Shown here piece after piece: positions 52,531-64,000 of a stretch of DNA of 64,000 nt. A program made the translations under genes and the position numbers. The notes beneath the pieces are model-generated. The model worked only from the letters and a program-made list of their open reading frames with translations. It searched no databases and was not told the origin of the DNA. Each line of letters starts with the position of its first letter. Within the stretch, counting starts at the first letter, position 1. The stretch is from Mobula birostris (taxonomy: Eukaryota), in NCBI RefSeq assembly GCF_030028105.1, contig NC_092374.1, forward strand, positions 176,724,057-176,788,056. The letters are read 5' to 3'.

Positions 52531-53017
52531 TATCCCTCTCTAACACCTGACATCTTCATTGTAATGACACCACTATTTTAGTGTCATCTGCAAACTAAGT
52601 AAACACTAAGTAAATGGGGGGAAATGGAAAATAGTTGTAAGTTAGAAATTTCACTTCTCATTGTGATAACATTTTCCCAACAAATACCGTTCTGTAAGTG
52701 ATGAAGATGAAAGGCACGGTTCTCCAAATCTTCCACGTCGTATCCTAAATTACATAAATAGAAATTAATATCTTGCACAGTTTTTGTTTCAGTCTTAGGC
52801 ACTAGTAAAATGATGCCTAATGAAACCCGAAATGTTGTAAAAACAAAACAGAAGCTCCATTCTGGTGATAGACCAGTCTTAAGTAAGAGATTAAACACTA
52901 CACTTGCACAAACCCAGCCGCACTTTGCAGAGCGCAAGCAGTTTTAACTACGAGCCCACTTCTGTTCAGTGGTGGGACATCATTCAGTAATAAATAAAAC
53001 TAGAAAAGTGTACTTAC

Positions 53018-53069
53018 TGGATAGAACCACTTGTAAGTGGAAGAAACACAAGAGCACGCACAGGAACAT
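53018..53069 (-). CDS. Signal-peptide (leader) exon, probable exon 1 of the MHC class I gene
   Basis: ATG at 53069 encodes MFLCVLLCFFHLQVVLS plus 1 nt, then donor GTAAGT. Phase 1 matches the alpha1 acceptor. Lies in unique, CpG-containing DNA ~90 bp downstream of an X/Y module. Too short for the ORF track. Confidence 0.75.
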
Positions 53070-53155
53070 CCTGAACTATGCACACCGACTCACCAAGACA
53101 GGAGCGGAACCGAGTCGCATTTTACCCTCAAAGAATCGGTGCGGAAGCTTCTGAC

Positions 53156-53200
53156 CCAATCAGAATGTAACTATATAGGAGTTCGTCATCAACTTCTAGG
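53156..53200 (-). promoter_or_regulatory. MHC-type X1/X2-Y promoter module
   Basis: Minus strand reads CCTAGAAGTTGATG (X1-like; compare HLA-DRA CCTAGCAACAGATG), overlapping TGACG (X2/CRE half-site), then a 23-nt spacer and CTGATTGG (Y box, inverted CCAAT). A GC box abuts it upstream. Confidence 0.7.
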
Positions 53201-55129
53201 CGGGGTGATTAGAACCCAACCTGCCTCAGATCTAAATTGCTATCTATAACGACATGCCCAGCAGTGTCGTGAGACCAAGGGCTGAAAAATGTTCACGGTA
53301 ACGCTCTTTATTTGTAACTCTATTCGATTGGTATTGAAATCAGATCTGGTCATTGACACTGGGCAGAGCATGGGCTGGACACTGATGCCTGGCCAATTAG
53401 AGAGGAATCTAGTTATTCGCAAATAGTTATTGTGTCCACTTTTAATATAATACGTGACCTTTTTTTGTTGAGAACTGGGGGATATTGTATTCAGATCGAG
53501 GTCTTTCATCTGGGCAGATTCCCTCGAACTTTTAAGTACTTATTTGGCCAATTGTGGAAACGAATAATTGATGAACTGGTGGCGTGTCTACAGATCTATC
53601 ATCTTTCCGAGAGAAAAAAAAAACAACTATCTCGCTGCACACCCTTAGGAGAAGCTAATCTTGTCAGAGGTCCAATTTTGACAACGGATTTGGTTCTAAT
53701 TGTTCCCCAACAATTCAACATAGGTGAAGGCATTGGACTCAATGTTGCCTATTCCAACAGTTAAGGAGTAGATGCGAGTTTAATCCCATGCCACATAGGA
53801 AGACAAATTGTCTGCGAATAACACAAGTATGGGACAAAGAAGGAGGACAAAGACATGGATGGAGAAGTGAACTGACAGGGAACTAGAAACTCAGAGCTAC
53901 TCCATAGTCCACAAGATTGCATCCTCAGCACTCCACTCTGCTTCCTGGACATATATACAGTAACTCTGTGGCTAGACTCTGATCTAATTCCATCTACATG
54001 ATACCACCATAGTGGGCTGTCTCTCATATAATGGTTAAAAGAGGGGGATAGGGAGCTTAGCGACATGGTATCATGGCACCAACATTTTTCTCAGAATCAA
54101 CAAAACAAAGGACTTAGTCATTGATTTCAGGAAGTGGATGTTGCACATAGTCCTGGCTACATCAACAGTGTTAAGAGTGAGAGGGTTGAGAGCTACAAGT
54201 TTCTGGTAGTAAACATCGCTAATAGCCTGTCCGGATCTAAACCCACTGATGTCAGAGCAGAGATAGCTCACAATCACCTCTACTTCTTCAGGAAGCTAGG
54301 GAACAGTGGTGTGTTCCCATAACTCTTTATTAATTTTTATCAATGTACCATAGGAAGCATTCTAACTAGATGCATGATAGTTTGGTATATGAAATGGTCT
54401 GCATCTGACCACAAAAAAACCTGTACAGAGGTATGCACACACCGCTACACAGACAACATCAAAGTCAGGATCAAACTTGGGTCACTGGAACTGTATAAAA
54501 GCAACAGAAAAAGAACAAAAGAACAGTGAAAATTATCAAAGGTATATAAAGAGAGGGAGAGACAGATAAATATAGACTGAAAGCTAGAAATTTATAGCTT
54601 TTTATAGTTTCTTTTATTATGTACCATTCACTGTTGCCACTAAACAACATATTTCATGACATATGCCATTGATATTAAAACTGATTCTGATTCAGGGATC
54701 GCAGTACTTCTCCGCTTACTTACCCGGCTGATCAGTATCAGTTGTACCACATCCTGTCTCCAAATACTGGGTGTTAAAATCATTCCACACAATATCATGG
54801 GCCAAAGGGCCTATCTTGTGCAGTGCTCAATGTTCTATATTTGAAACATTGTGCTTAACCTCCTTGTCAGAAGTGAATAAAAGTGAGCTTCCAGGAATTC
54901 TGAAACTCATCAGAAAATATATTGATAGCACTCAGATTTTAGTATGCTGTTATTAGGCTTTAAATGGATATTGTTAATATGTTGTGAATTGCTTTAGTAT
55001 TATGGAGCAAACTGCAAAACATCAAAGGATTGTTATGTGGTTAAATCACTGGGTGACTGTATCAAATGGCACTGTCTTTGTTTCTTTGTTGAAGTGGGCA
55101 ATGTGAAAGTTTGATTCCCAAACAAAGTC

Positions 55130-56400
55130 CAGTAGTCACCGGACCAGAGAATTGGAAAGCTTTTAAAAAATAACAGAAAGAAACTAAAAAGGCACAAAAA
55201 GAGACAAGATGAAATATGAAGGTAAACTAGCCAATAATATAAAAGAGGCTACAAAACATTTTACAAATATATAAAGATATTTCACCCAGAGAGTGGTGGA
55301 TATATGGAATGCTCTGCCCCAGAAGGCTGTGGAGGCCAAGTCTCTGGATGCTTTCAAGAAAGAAGTGGATAGAGCTCTTAAAGATAGCGGAATCAAAGGT
55401 TATGGGGATAAGGCAGGAACTGGATACTGATTGTGGATGATCAGCCATGATCACAATGAATGGTGGTGCTGGCTCGAAGAGCCAAATGGCCTACTCCTGC
55501 ACCTATTGTCTGTTGTCTACTGTCTATAAGATTAAATGAGAGGCAAGAGTGAATATTGAACCATTGGAAAAGTATGTTGAAGAGGTTTTAATGGGGAATA
55601 AAGAAATAGTGAATTAACTTAATAAGTATTCTGCATCAGTGTGCAATGTGGAAGTCACCAGCAGTGTGTCAGAAACTCGAGTGTGACAGAGGGCAGATGT
55701 GAGTTGTAGTTGCTCTTACGAAGAAGTAGCTGCTTGGCAAGCTGAAAGGTCTGGACCAGATGGAGCACAGTGTTCAGAAAGAGGTAGATGAAGAGATTGA
55801 GGAGATATTAGTAATGATCTTTGAAGAATCCCTAGATTTTGGAATAGCTCCTGAGGAGTTGGAAACTGCAAATGTCACTCTCATCCTTTACAAATAGAGG
55901 GAGCAGAGGAAAGGAATTTATAAGCCAGTTGACTGACTTCAGTGGTTAGAAAGTTGTTGGAGTCTATTATAAAGGATGAAGTTTCAGGGTACTGTGAGGC
56001 ACATGATAAAACAGGCATAAGACAACATGGTTTTCTAAGGGAGAAATCGTGCCTGAGGATACCTACAATGCATTGAGGAAAGATACAAGCAAGATAGACA
56101 AAGGAGAGTCTGATGACGTTAACTTCGATTTTCATAAGGCCTTTGTCAAGGGACCATACATGAGGCTGTTTAACAAGATAAGAAGTGATGGTATCACATG
56201 AAAGATACTAGCATGGATAGAAAACTGGCTGGTCGGCAAGAGGTAAACAGTGGGAATAGAGTTCCTGTTCTGGTTGGTTGCCAGTGTCTAGTCTGTATTC
56301 TGACCACTTATTTTTATGTAGTATATCAACAATATGAATGATGCAATTGACACATTTGTGCCCACGTTTACAGATAACGCACAGATAAGTGAAGGGGTAG
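55130..56400 (+). mobile_element. Old CR1 ORF2 fragment with a nested short CR1 3' end (~55281-55520)
   Basis: Abrupt switch at 55281 to the CR1 terminal sequence ACCCAGAGAGTGGTGG..., then ORF2-type sequence resumes near 55530. Confidence 0.7.
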
Positions 56401-56488
56401 GTAGTGCTGATGAAGCAGGGAGTCTATCATTTTGGATCTCCCCCTCCCCCTCCCACTTCCAAATCTCTTACTAACTCTTTCCTCAGTT

Positions 56489-56524
56489 AGTCCTGATGAA
56501 GGGTCTCGGTCTGAAACGTCAACT
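56489..56524 (+). ncRNA. Minimal hammerhead ribozyme motif
   Basis: AGTC-CTGATGA-AGGGTCTCGGTCT-GAAA-CGTC-AACT. Confidence 0.65.
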
Positions 56525-56619
56525 GTACCTCTTCCTAGAGATGCTGCCTGGCCTGCTGTGTTCACCTGCAACTTTGATGTGTGTTGCTTGAGTCTAAGGA
56601 AGGATTAGATAGGTTGGGA

Positions 56620-57880
56620 ACACAAAATACTCTGCAGACGCTGGGATCAAAGCAACACTCACAACACGCTGGAGGAACTCACCAGGTCGGGCAGCATCCG
56701 TGGAAACAATCAGTCAACGTTTCGGGCCGGAACCCTTCGTCAGGACTGAAGAGGGAAGGGGCAGAGGCCCTATAAAGAAGGTGGGGGAGGGGTGGGAAGG
56801 AGAAGGCTGGTAGGTTCCAGGTGAAAAACCAGTAAGGGGAAAGATAAAGGGGTGAGGGAGGGGAAGCGGGCAGGTGATAAACAGGAAAGGTGAAGAAGGA
56901 ATGGGGAAAACACAATGGGTAGTAGAAGGAGGCGGAACCATGAGGGAGGTGATAGGCAGCTGGGGGAGGGGGCACAGTGAAATAGGGACAGGGGAATGGA
57001 GGGGGAGGGAATTACCGGAAGTTGGAGAATTCAATGTTCATACCAAGAGGCTGGAGACTACCTAGATGGTATATGAGGTGTTACTCCTCCAACCTGAGTT
57101 TAGCCTCATCATGGCAGTAGAGGAGGCCATGTATGGACATATCTGAATGGGAATGGGAAGCAGAGTTGAAATGTGTGGCTACCTGGAGATCCTGTCTGTT
57201 GTGATGGACGGAGCGGAGGTGCTTGACGAAGCGGTCCCCCAATCTGTGTCGAGTTTCACCGACATAGAGGAGGCCGCACCGGGAGCACCGGATGCAATAG
57301 ATGACCCCAACAGACTCACAAGTGAAGTGTTGCCTCACCTGGAAGGACTGTTTGGGGCCCTGAATGGTGGCAAGAGAGGAGGTGTAGGGACAGGTGTAGC
57401 ACTTACACTTACAGGGATAACGGCCGGGTGGAAGATCCGTGGGAAGGGACGTGTGGATCAGGGAGTCATGGAGAGACCGATCCCTGTGGAAAGTAGAGAG
57501 GGGTGGAGGGGCAAAGATGTGCTTAGTGGTGGGGTCCTGTTGAAGGTGGCGGAAGTAGAGGAGGATAATGTGCTGGATCCAGAGGCTGGTGGGGTGGTAG
57601 GTGAGGACAAGGGGAACTCTGACCCTGCTGTGGTGGCGAGAGGATGGGGTGAGGGCCGAAGTGCAGGAATGGAGGAGATACGGGTGAGGGCATCATTGAT
57701 GACGGCAGAAGGGAAACCACGATCGATGACGGCAGAAGGGAAACCACTTTCAAATCTCTTACTATTCCTTCTTTCAGTTAGTCCTGATGAAGGGTCTTGG
57801 CCTGAAACGTCAACTTTATCTCTTCCTATAGATGCTGCCTGGCCTGATGCGTTCACTAGGATTTTTTGTGTGTATTGCTG
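56620..57880 (-). mobile_element. Penelope-like element (second subfamily) with inverted 5' pLTR (57750-57880)
   Basis: GVIYCIRCSRCGLLYVGETRHRLGDRF. HHR-like cores at 56712-56747 (-; CTGACGA..GAAACGTT) and 57780-57815 (+; CTGATGA..GAAACGTC). Confidence 0.85.
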
Positions 57881-58799
57881 GTTGGTTGTCCACTATTTTT
57901 TCTGCTAATTGAACCAGATCAGTATCCAACTACGTCCACTTTGTTTTGTGCCATGCACAGTTGAAAGATGCCTGAGAAGTCAGTGATACAACCAGTTGGG
58001 GAGTCGCCTCAGGGCTCATGTCGTATCCTAATCTAGTGCCGTCTATGTGGTCTTCATTAAAATCCCACAAAACTCTGCTTTGAACTTAGCCCAATGAAAT
58101 GGGCTAATTTTAAAGGAGATGTGTGAGACAGGGTTTTTTTTGTAGAGGGCAATATTAGACAGCATGAATTTGGAAAAAGTTTATTCATTGCCCACTGTTT
58201 CTATGTCTCTCATAATTACATAAACTTCTATCAGATCTTCCCTCAGTCTCCGTTGCTTCATTCGATACAACAAAAAAACAGTTGAAGTTTATTAGACCAT
58301 AAGGAATAGGAGCAGGGTTAGGTGAGTCGGACCATCATGTCTGCACTGACATTCCATCATGCTGATTTATTATCCCTCTCAACCACATTTTCCTTCCATC
58401 TTCCCTTAAACTTTGATGCTCTGACTAATCAAGAACCTATCAAATTCCATTTAAAATATGCTCAATTACTTTTCATCCACAACCATCCATGGCAATGAAT
58501 TCCACTCTCTGGTTGAAGAATTTTCTTCTAACCTCTATTCTGAGGCTGCACAGTCTGATCCTCATCATCCTCTCCACATTCATGTGAGGGCATCATTGAG
58601 GTTGTAGGCCTCTTATCTAAGAAAAAAATCTGCTGCCACTGGAGAGGGTCCAGAGTAGATTCACAAAAATGATTCTGGGAATGAAAGGGTTAATGGATGG
58701 CTCTGATGGCTCTGACCCTGTACTCAGTGAAGTTTAGAAGAATGAGGGAGAATAGTAATGAAACCTGTTGAATATTGAAAGGCCTAGATAGACTGAATG

Positions 58800-60065
58800 T
58801 GGAATCCTGGTGAACGCAGCAGGCCAGGCAGCATCTATTGGAAGAGATAAAGTCAATGTTTCAGGCCGAGACCCTTCGTCAGGACTAACTGAAAGAAGAG
58901 CTAGTAAGAGATTTGAAAGTGGGAGGGGGAGGGGGAGATCTGAAATGATGGGAGAAGACAGGAGGGGGAGCGATGGAGCCAAGAGCCTGACAGGTGATTG
59001 GCAAAAGGGATACGAGGTTGGAGAAGGGAGAGGGTCATGGAACAGGAGACCTAGAGGATGGGCAAGGAGCTACAGTTAGAGGGACAGAGGGAGAAAAAAG
59101 AGTGAGAAAATAAATAAATACATAAATAAATGAGGGATGGGGTACGAAGGGGAGGTGGGGCATTAACTGAAGTTAGAGAAGTCAATGTTCGTGCCATCAG
59201 GTTGGAGGCTACCCAGACGGAATATAAGGTGTTGTTCCTCCAACCTGAGTGTGGCTTCTTCTTGACAGTAGAGGAGGCCATAGATAGACATATCAGAATG
59301 GGAATGGGACATGAAATTAAAATGTGTGGCCACTGGGAAATATTGCTTTCTCTGGCAGACAGAGAGTAGGTGTTCAGCAAAACGGTCTCCCAGCCTACGT
59401 CGGGTCTCACCAAAATATAGAAGGCCGCATCGAGAACACCAGACACAGTATGTCACCCCAGCTGACTCACAGGTGAAGTGTTGCCTCATCAAGAAGGACT
59501 GTCTGAGGCCTTGAATGGTAGTGAGGGAGGAAATGTAAGGGCATGTGTAGCACTTGTTCCACTTATAAGGGTAAGTGCTGGGAGGGAGATCAGTGGGGAG
59601 GGATGGAGGGGGACGAATGGACAAGAGAGTCGCGTAGGGAGCGATCCCTGCGGAAAGCCGTGGGGGGGGTGGTGAGGGAAAAATGTGCTTAGTGATGGGA
59701 TCCTGTTGGAAGTGGCGGAAGTTACGGAGAATTATATGTTGGACCTGGAGGCTGGTGGGGTGTTAGGTGAGGACAAGCGGAACCCTATTCCTAGTGGGGT
59801 GGCGGGAGGATGGGATGAGAGCAGATGTGCGTGAAATGGGAGAGATGCGTTTGAGAGCAGAGTTGATGGTGGAGAAAGGGAAGCCCCTTTCTTTAAAAAA
59901 GGAGGACATCTCGTTCGTCCTGGAATGAAAAGCCTCATCCTGAGAGCAGATGTGGCGAAGATGGAGGAATTGCGAGAAGGTAATGGTATTTTTGCAAGAG
60001 ACAGGGTGGGACGAGGAATAATCCGGGTAGCTGTGAGAGTCCGTAGGCTTATAGTAGACCAGCAA
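58800..60065 (-). mobile_element. Penelope-like element (RT thumb + GIY-YIG + pLTR)
   Basis: YYKPTDSHSYPDYSSSHPVSCKNTITFSQFLHLRHICS; GVTYCVWCSRCGLLYFGETRRRLGDRF. Confidence 0.88.
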
Positions 60066-60954
60066 TGGTAGCCATCTGGGGGAAACCACAGTCTGACCGA
60101 TTTGACCGAAAAAACATAACATTAAAAAGTTGTGAGCTTCACTTTATTAAAAAGTGTTTGGAGGAAGCATTATCAAAGTACATATATGTCACCATATTCA
60201 ACCCTGGGATCGATTTTCAGAATCAGAATCAGGTTTAATATCACCGTTATATGGAATGAAATTTGTTAACTTTATGACAGCAGCACAATGCAATACATGA
60301 TAAATATAGAAAAAAAACTGAAACCATTAAGTATATATTTGTATATTAAATAGTTAAATTGATCAGTGCAAAAACAGATATTAAAAAAATAGTGAGATAG
60401 GGTCAATGGCCATTTAGAAATCAGATGGCAGAGGGGAAGAAGCTGTTCCTGAATCACAGGGTGAGTGTGATCAGGCTTCCATACCTCCTTCCTGAAGGTA
60501 ACATTGAGAAAAGGGCATGTCCTGGGCGGTGGGGGTCCATGATGATGGCTTAATTCTGCTGCTTTGTCTTATGGTCTTTGGTGCTTGGAAGTGAAGGGGA
60601 TTGGGGACGGAGTTAGGAGACTGTATCAAGTTAATGGCAAATGGATGCAGACAGAGAGAGAAAAAATATATGGAGAGGCAGATTAAGTAGGAGAGGAATG
60701 GGGGATCTAAAGAGTGGAGACTGCTGCTGGAGAGTGATGCAAACACAGTGCTGCACTTAGACCATAAGACATAGAAGCAGAATTAGGCCATTGAGCCCAT
60801 TTAGTCTGCTCAGCCATTCCATCATGGCTGATCCTGGATCCCACTCAACCTCATACACCTACCTTCTTGCCATATCCTTGATGCCCTGACTGATCAGGAG
60901 ATGATCAACTTCTGCCTTAAATATAATCAAGTATTTGGCCTCCACCACAGCCTG

Positions 60955-62245
60955 TGACAGGGATTAGGAACAGTCAGCATGGCTTTGTCAAGGGCAGGTC
61001 GTGCCTTATGAACCTGATTGAATTATTTGAGGATGTGACTAAACACATTGATGAAGGTAGATCCATTGATGTAGCGTATATGGATTTCAGCAAGGCATTT
61101 GATAAGCTACCCCATGGAAGGCTTATTGAGAAAGTAAGGAGGCATGGGATCCAAGTGGACATTGCTCTGTGGATCCAGAACTAGCTTGCCCACAGAAGGC
61201 AAAGGGTGGTTGTAGATGGGTCATACTCTGCATGGAGGCCGGTGACCAGTGGTGTGCCTCAGGGATCTGTTCTGGGATCCTTACTCTTTGTGATTTTTAT
61301 AAATGACCTGGATGAGGAAGTGGAGGAATGTGTTAGTAAGTTTGCTGATGACGCAAAGGTTCAAGGTGTTGTGGATAGTGTGGAGGGCTGTCAGAGGTTA
61401 CAGCGGGACATTGATAGGATGCAAAACTGGGCTGAGAAATGGCAGATGGAGTTCAACCCAGATGTGAAGTGGTTCATTTTGGTAGGTCAAATATGATGGC
61501 AGAATATAGTATTAATGGTAAGGCTCTTGGCAGTGTGGAGGATCAGAGGGATCTCGGCGTCCGAGTCCATAGGACGCTCAAGGCAGCTGTGCAGGCTGAC
61601 GCTGCGGTTTAGAAGGTATATGGTGTATTGGCCTTCATTAATTGTGGAAATAAATTTAAGAGCCAAGAGGTAATGTTGCTGTTATATAGGATCCTGGTCA
61701 TACCACACATGGAGTACTGTGCTCAGTTCTGGTCACCTCACTACAGGAAGGATATGGAAGCCATAGAAAGGGTGCAGAGGAGATTTAGAAGGACGTTGCC
61801 TGGATTGGGGAGCGTGCTTATGAAAATAGATTGAGTGAACTCGGCCTTTTCTCCTTGGAGTGACGAAGATAAGAGGTAACCTGATAGAGATGAATAAGAT
61901 GATGAGAGGCTTTGATCATGTGGATAGTCAGAGGCTCTTTCCCAGGACTGAAGTGGCTAGCGCGACAGGGTATAGTTTTACGGGGCTTGGAAGTAGGTTC
62001 AGAGGAGATGTCAGGGGTATGATTTTTACTTAGAGGGTAGTGAGTGTGTGTGGAATGGGCTGCCAGCAACGCTGTGGAGGTGGATATGATAGGGTCTTTT
62101 AAGAGACTTTTAGATAGGTACATAGAGCTTCGAAAAATAGGGGGCAATGGGGATGTCTAGTAGTTTCTAAGGTAGGGACCTATATGGCACAACTTTGTGG
62201 GCCGAAGGGCCTGTATTTTGCTGTAGGGTTTTCTATGTTTCAATG
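60955..62245 (+). mobile_element. CR1 LINE RT + 3' end, frameshifted
   Basis: SQHGFVKGRSCL.NLIE; [13 protein letters not shown]; KFADD. Confidence 0.9.
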
Positions 62246-64000
62246 CCTTTTGTTGACCTGATTTATTTTGCATTCAAACTGCTGTGATTGACTTTCCAAA
62301 GTGCAATGGTTATGATAAAGGCTGCAGAAAATACTCAACAGGTCAGGCCAGGGGAATTAGCAAAGTTAAAACACAGTTCAATAGCCAGGAGCAAGAGAGC
62401 TAGAATGAGGGGAAAGCTGAGCATATGTACATGAAATGAAGTGATAATTCTGCCAGACAGATAAAGGAGAGACTGAACTGTTGAAAAATTTATGGTGTCA
62501 ATTCAGTAGCAAAATTGCGTCAAATTACAGTGCAGAGCAAATGTCAATTTATGAGTTCACAAGCAGCATAGATTAATTGACAGAAATCATAATAAGAAAG
62601 GAAATCCAGGCGAAAGGAAGGGCTTGACTCATGCTTTTGTTTTTTTTTGTTTTGGCTGGAAATGTCAACAGAGCCCACTGAATCAGAATCAAATCTTTTT
62701 TAATTATCTGTGACACGAATGAAATTTGTTGTTTTGCAGCAGCGGACAGTGTCATACATAAAACTTGTTACATTACAATAATAAATATAAAATTACATAC
62801 TTATGTGAATAAATAGTACAAACAGAGAGCAAGATTGTGAGGTAGTATTCATGTATTGTGGGTCATTCAGAAATCTGATCATGGAGAGAAAGAAGCTGTT
62901 CATAAAATGTTGAATGTGTATCCTGAGGCTCCTTTAACTCCTCCCTGCTGGTAATAATGAGAAGAGGACATGTCCTGGATGTTGAGTGTCTATCTTTGCA
63001 AGTAAACTATGTTGTTAAAAAAGTAGCAACTACCCTTGAAAATGCACTGTGATTTGTGATTTAATTTTATAACCTATACCTTTTCCATGATATCAAGATC
63101 AAATTGTGGAGGTGTGCAACAATGACAGAAATGAAACGAGTATCTACTGTATGCATTAGTTTTCTTAAAACACCTGAAACATTCTCTATGCACTGAAAAC
63201 ATTGTTCCTAGTCCAAGGGACAATGAAAGCTGATGTATCCCTTGACTCAGAACTTTTATATATCAAAATTAATCATGTTTGCTCCACAATAATTGAAGAA
63301 TAAGAGCATCCCAAATCAAGATATGGACACAGTGGTGCAGATAACAGAGCTGCTGAATCACGGTCAAAATCAAAGTTGAGCTTGTTGTCATAAGCACATG
63401 TGTAATGCAGAACTTGCAGCAGCATCACTGGTACATAGCGCCATCTAGTAGCATTCACAATCAAATCATAAATTAAACATAAATCACACACAGAAGAAAG
63501 AATAAAATCCATTATAGTGCAAAATAAAAAAAAAGAGTGGTCATTGTGTGGCCAAACTTAATTGATGAATAATACGGATCCCAGCACCATGCCCATGGTA
63601 CACCACTAGTCACAAGCTTCCAACCACAAAAACAGCCAGCCACTATTACTCTCTGTTAAACCAGTTTTGGGATTAAATTTGTTATCTTGCTGTAGGTCAT
63701 CTATTCTCATCTTTTGCCTAGTCACTCTTGTGAGCCTTGCCAAATGCCTTAATCAAGTCCATATAGAAGGAATTACTGCTACAGGAAATGTCTCATATGT
63801 TGTACAGAGAAAAAAGGCTATAATTGAGCATGAGATGATGACCACAACCTGCAAATACACATTTGTGATTTGCTGCCATCCAGGTAGCCTGGTCAGCCAA
63901 GGCACAAGTTCTCTCTGGTCTCCAAACACGTACTGGTCAGTAGGATGACTGTTTTCTTCTCAAGGAGGTATGATGTTTGCCACAATTTACAGCCCCCAAA

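Noticed and set aside
1-64000. CRISPR array or prokaryotic defence system
   Set aside because: The recurring ~35-bp motifs are dispersed PLE ends, not repeat-spacer arrays. There are no cas-like ORFs, and the DNA is intron-rich vertebrate sequence.

Overview
Eukaryotic (vertebrate) genomic DNA, most likely from a cartilaginous fish, possibly a ray. This is inferred from the repeat repertoire (CR1, Penelope-like, L1, Rex1/Babar, Tc1, Gypsy, ERV) and the MHC sequence; no database search was done. Most of the window is fragmented transposable elements. The host gene is a minus-strand, non-classical-looking MHC class I heavy-chain gene. It has intact alpha1 (22384-22644) and alpha2 (13306-13581) exons with canonical phase-1 splice sites. 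A signal-peptide exon (53018-53069) sits directly behind an MHC-type X1/X2/Y promoter module (53156-53200), about 30 kb upstream. A second, frameshifted leader-like exon lies at 33494-33540. No alpha3 exon was found in the window. Other notable items: (i) many Penelope-like element ends carry minimal hammerhead ribozyme cores, several intact and some inside long intronic hairpins; (ii) two solo LTRs of one family, in opposite orientation, both have a GGTG target-site duplication; (iii) an env-less, RT-deleted endogenous retrovirus-like element; (iv) nested insertions with resolvable order. No CRISPR, rRNA or intact tRNA genes were seen. Repeat boundaries are approximate unless a TSD or terminal motif is quoted.
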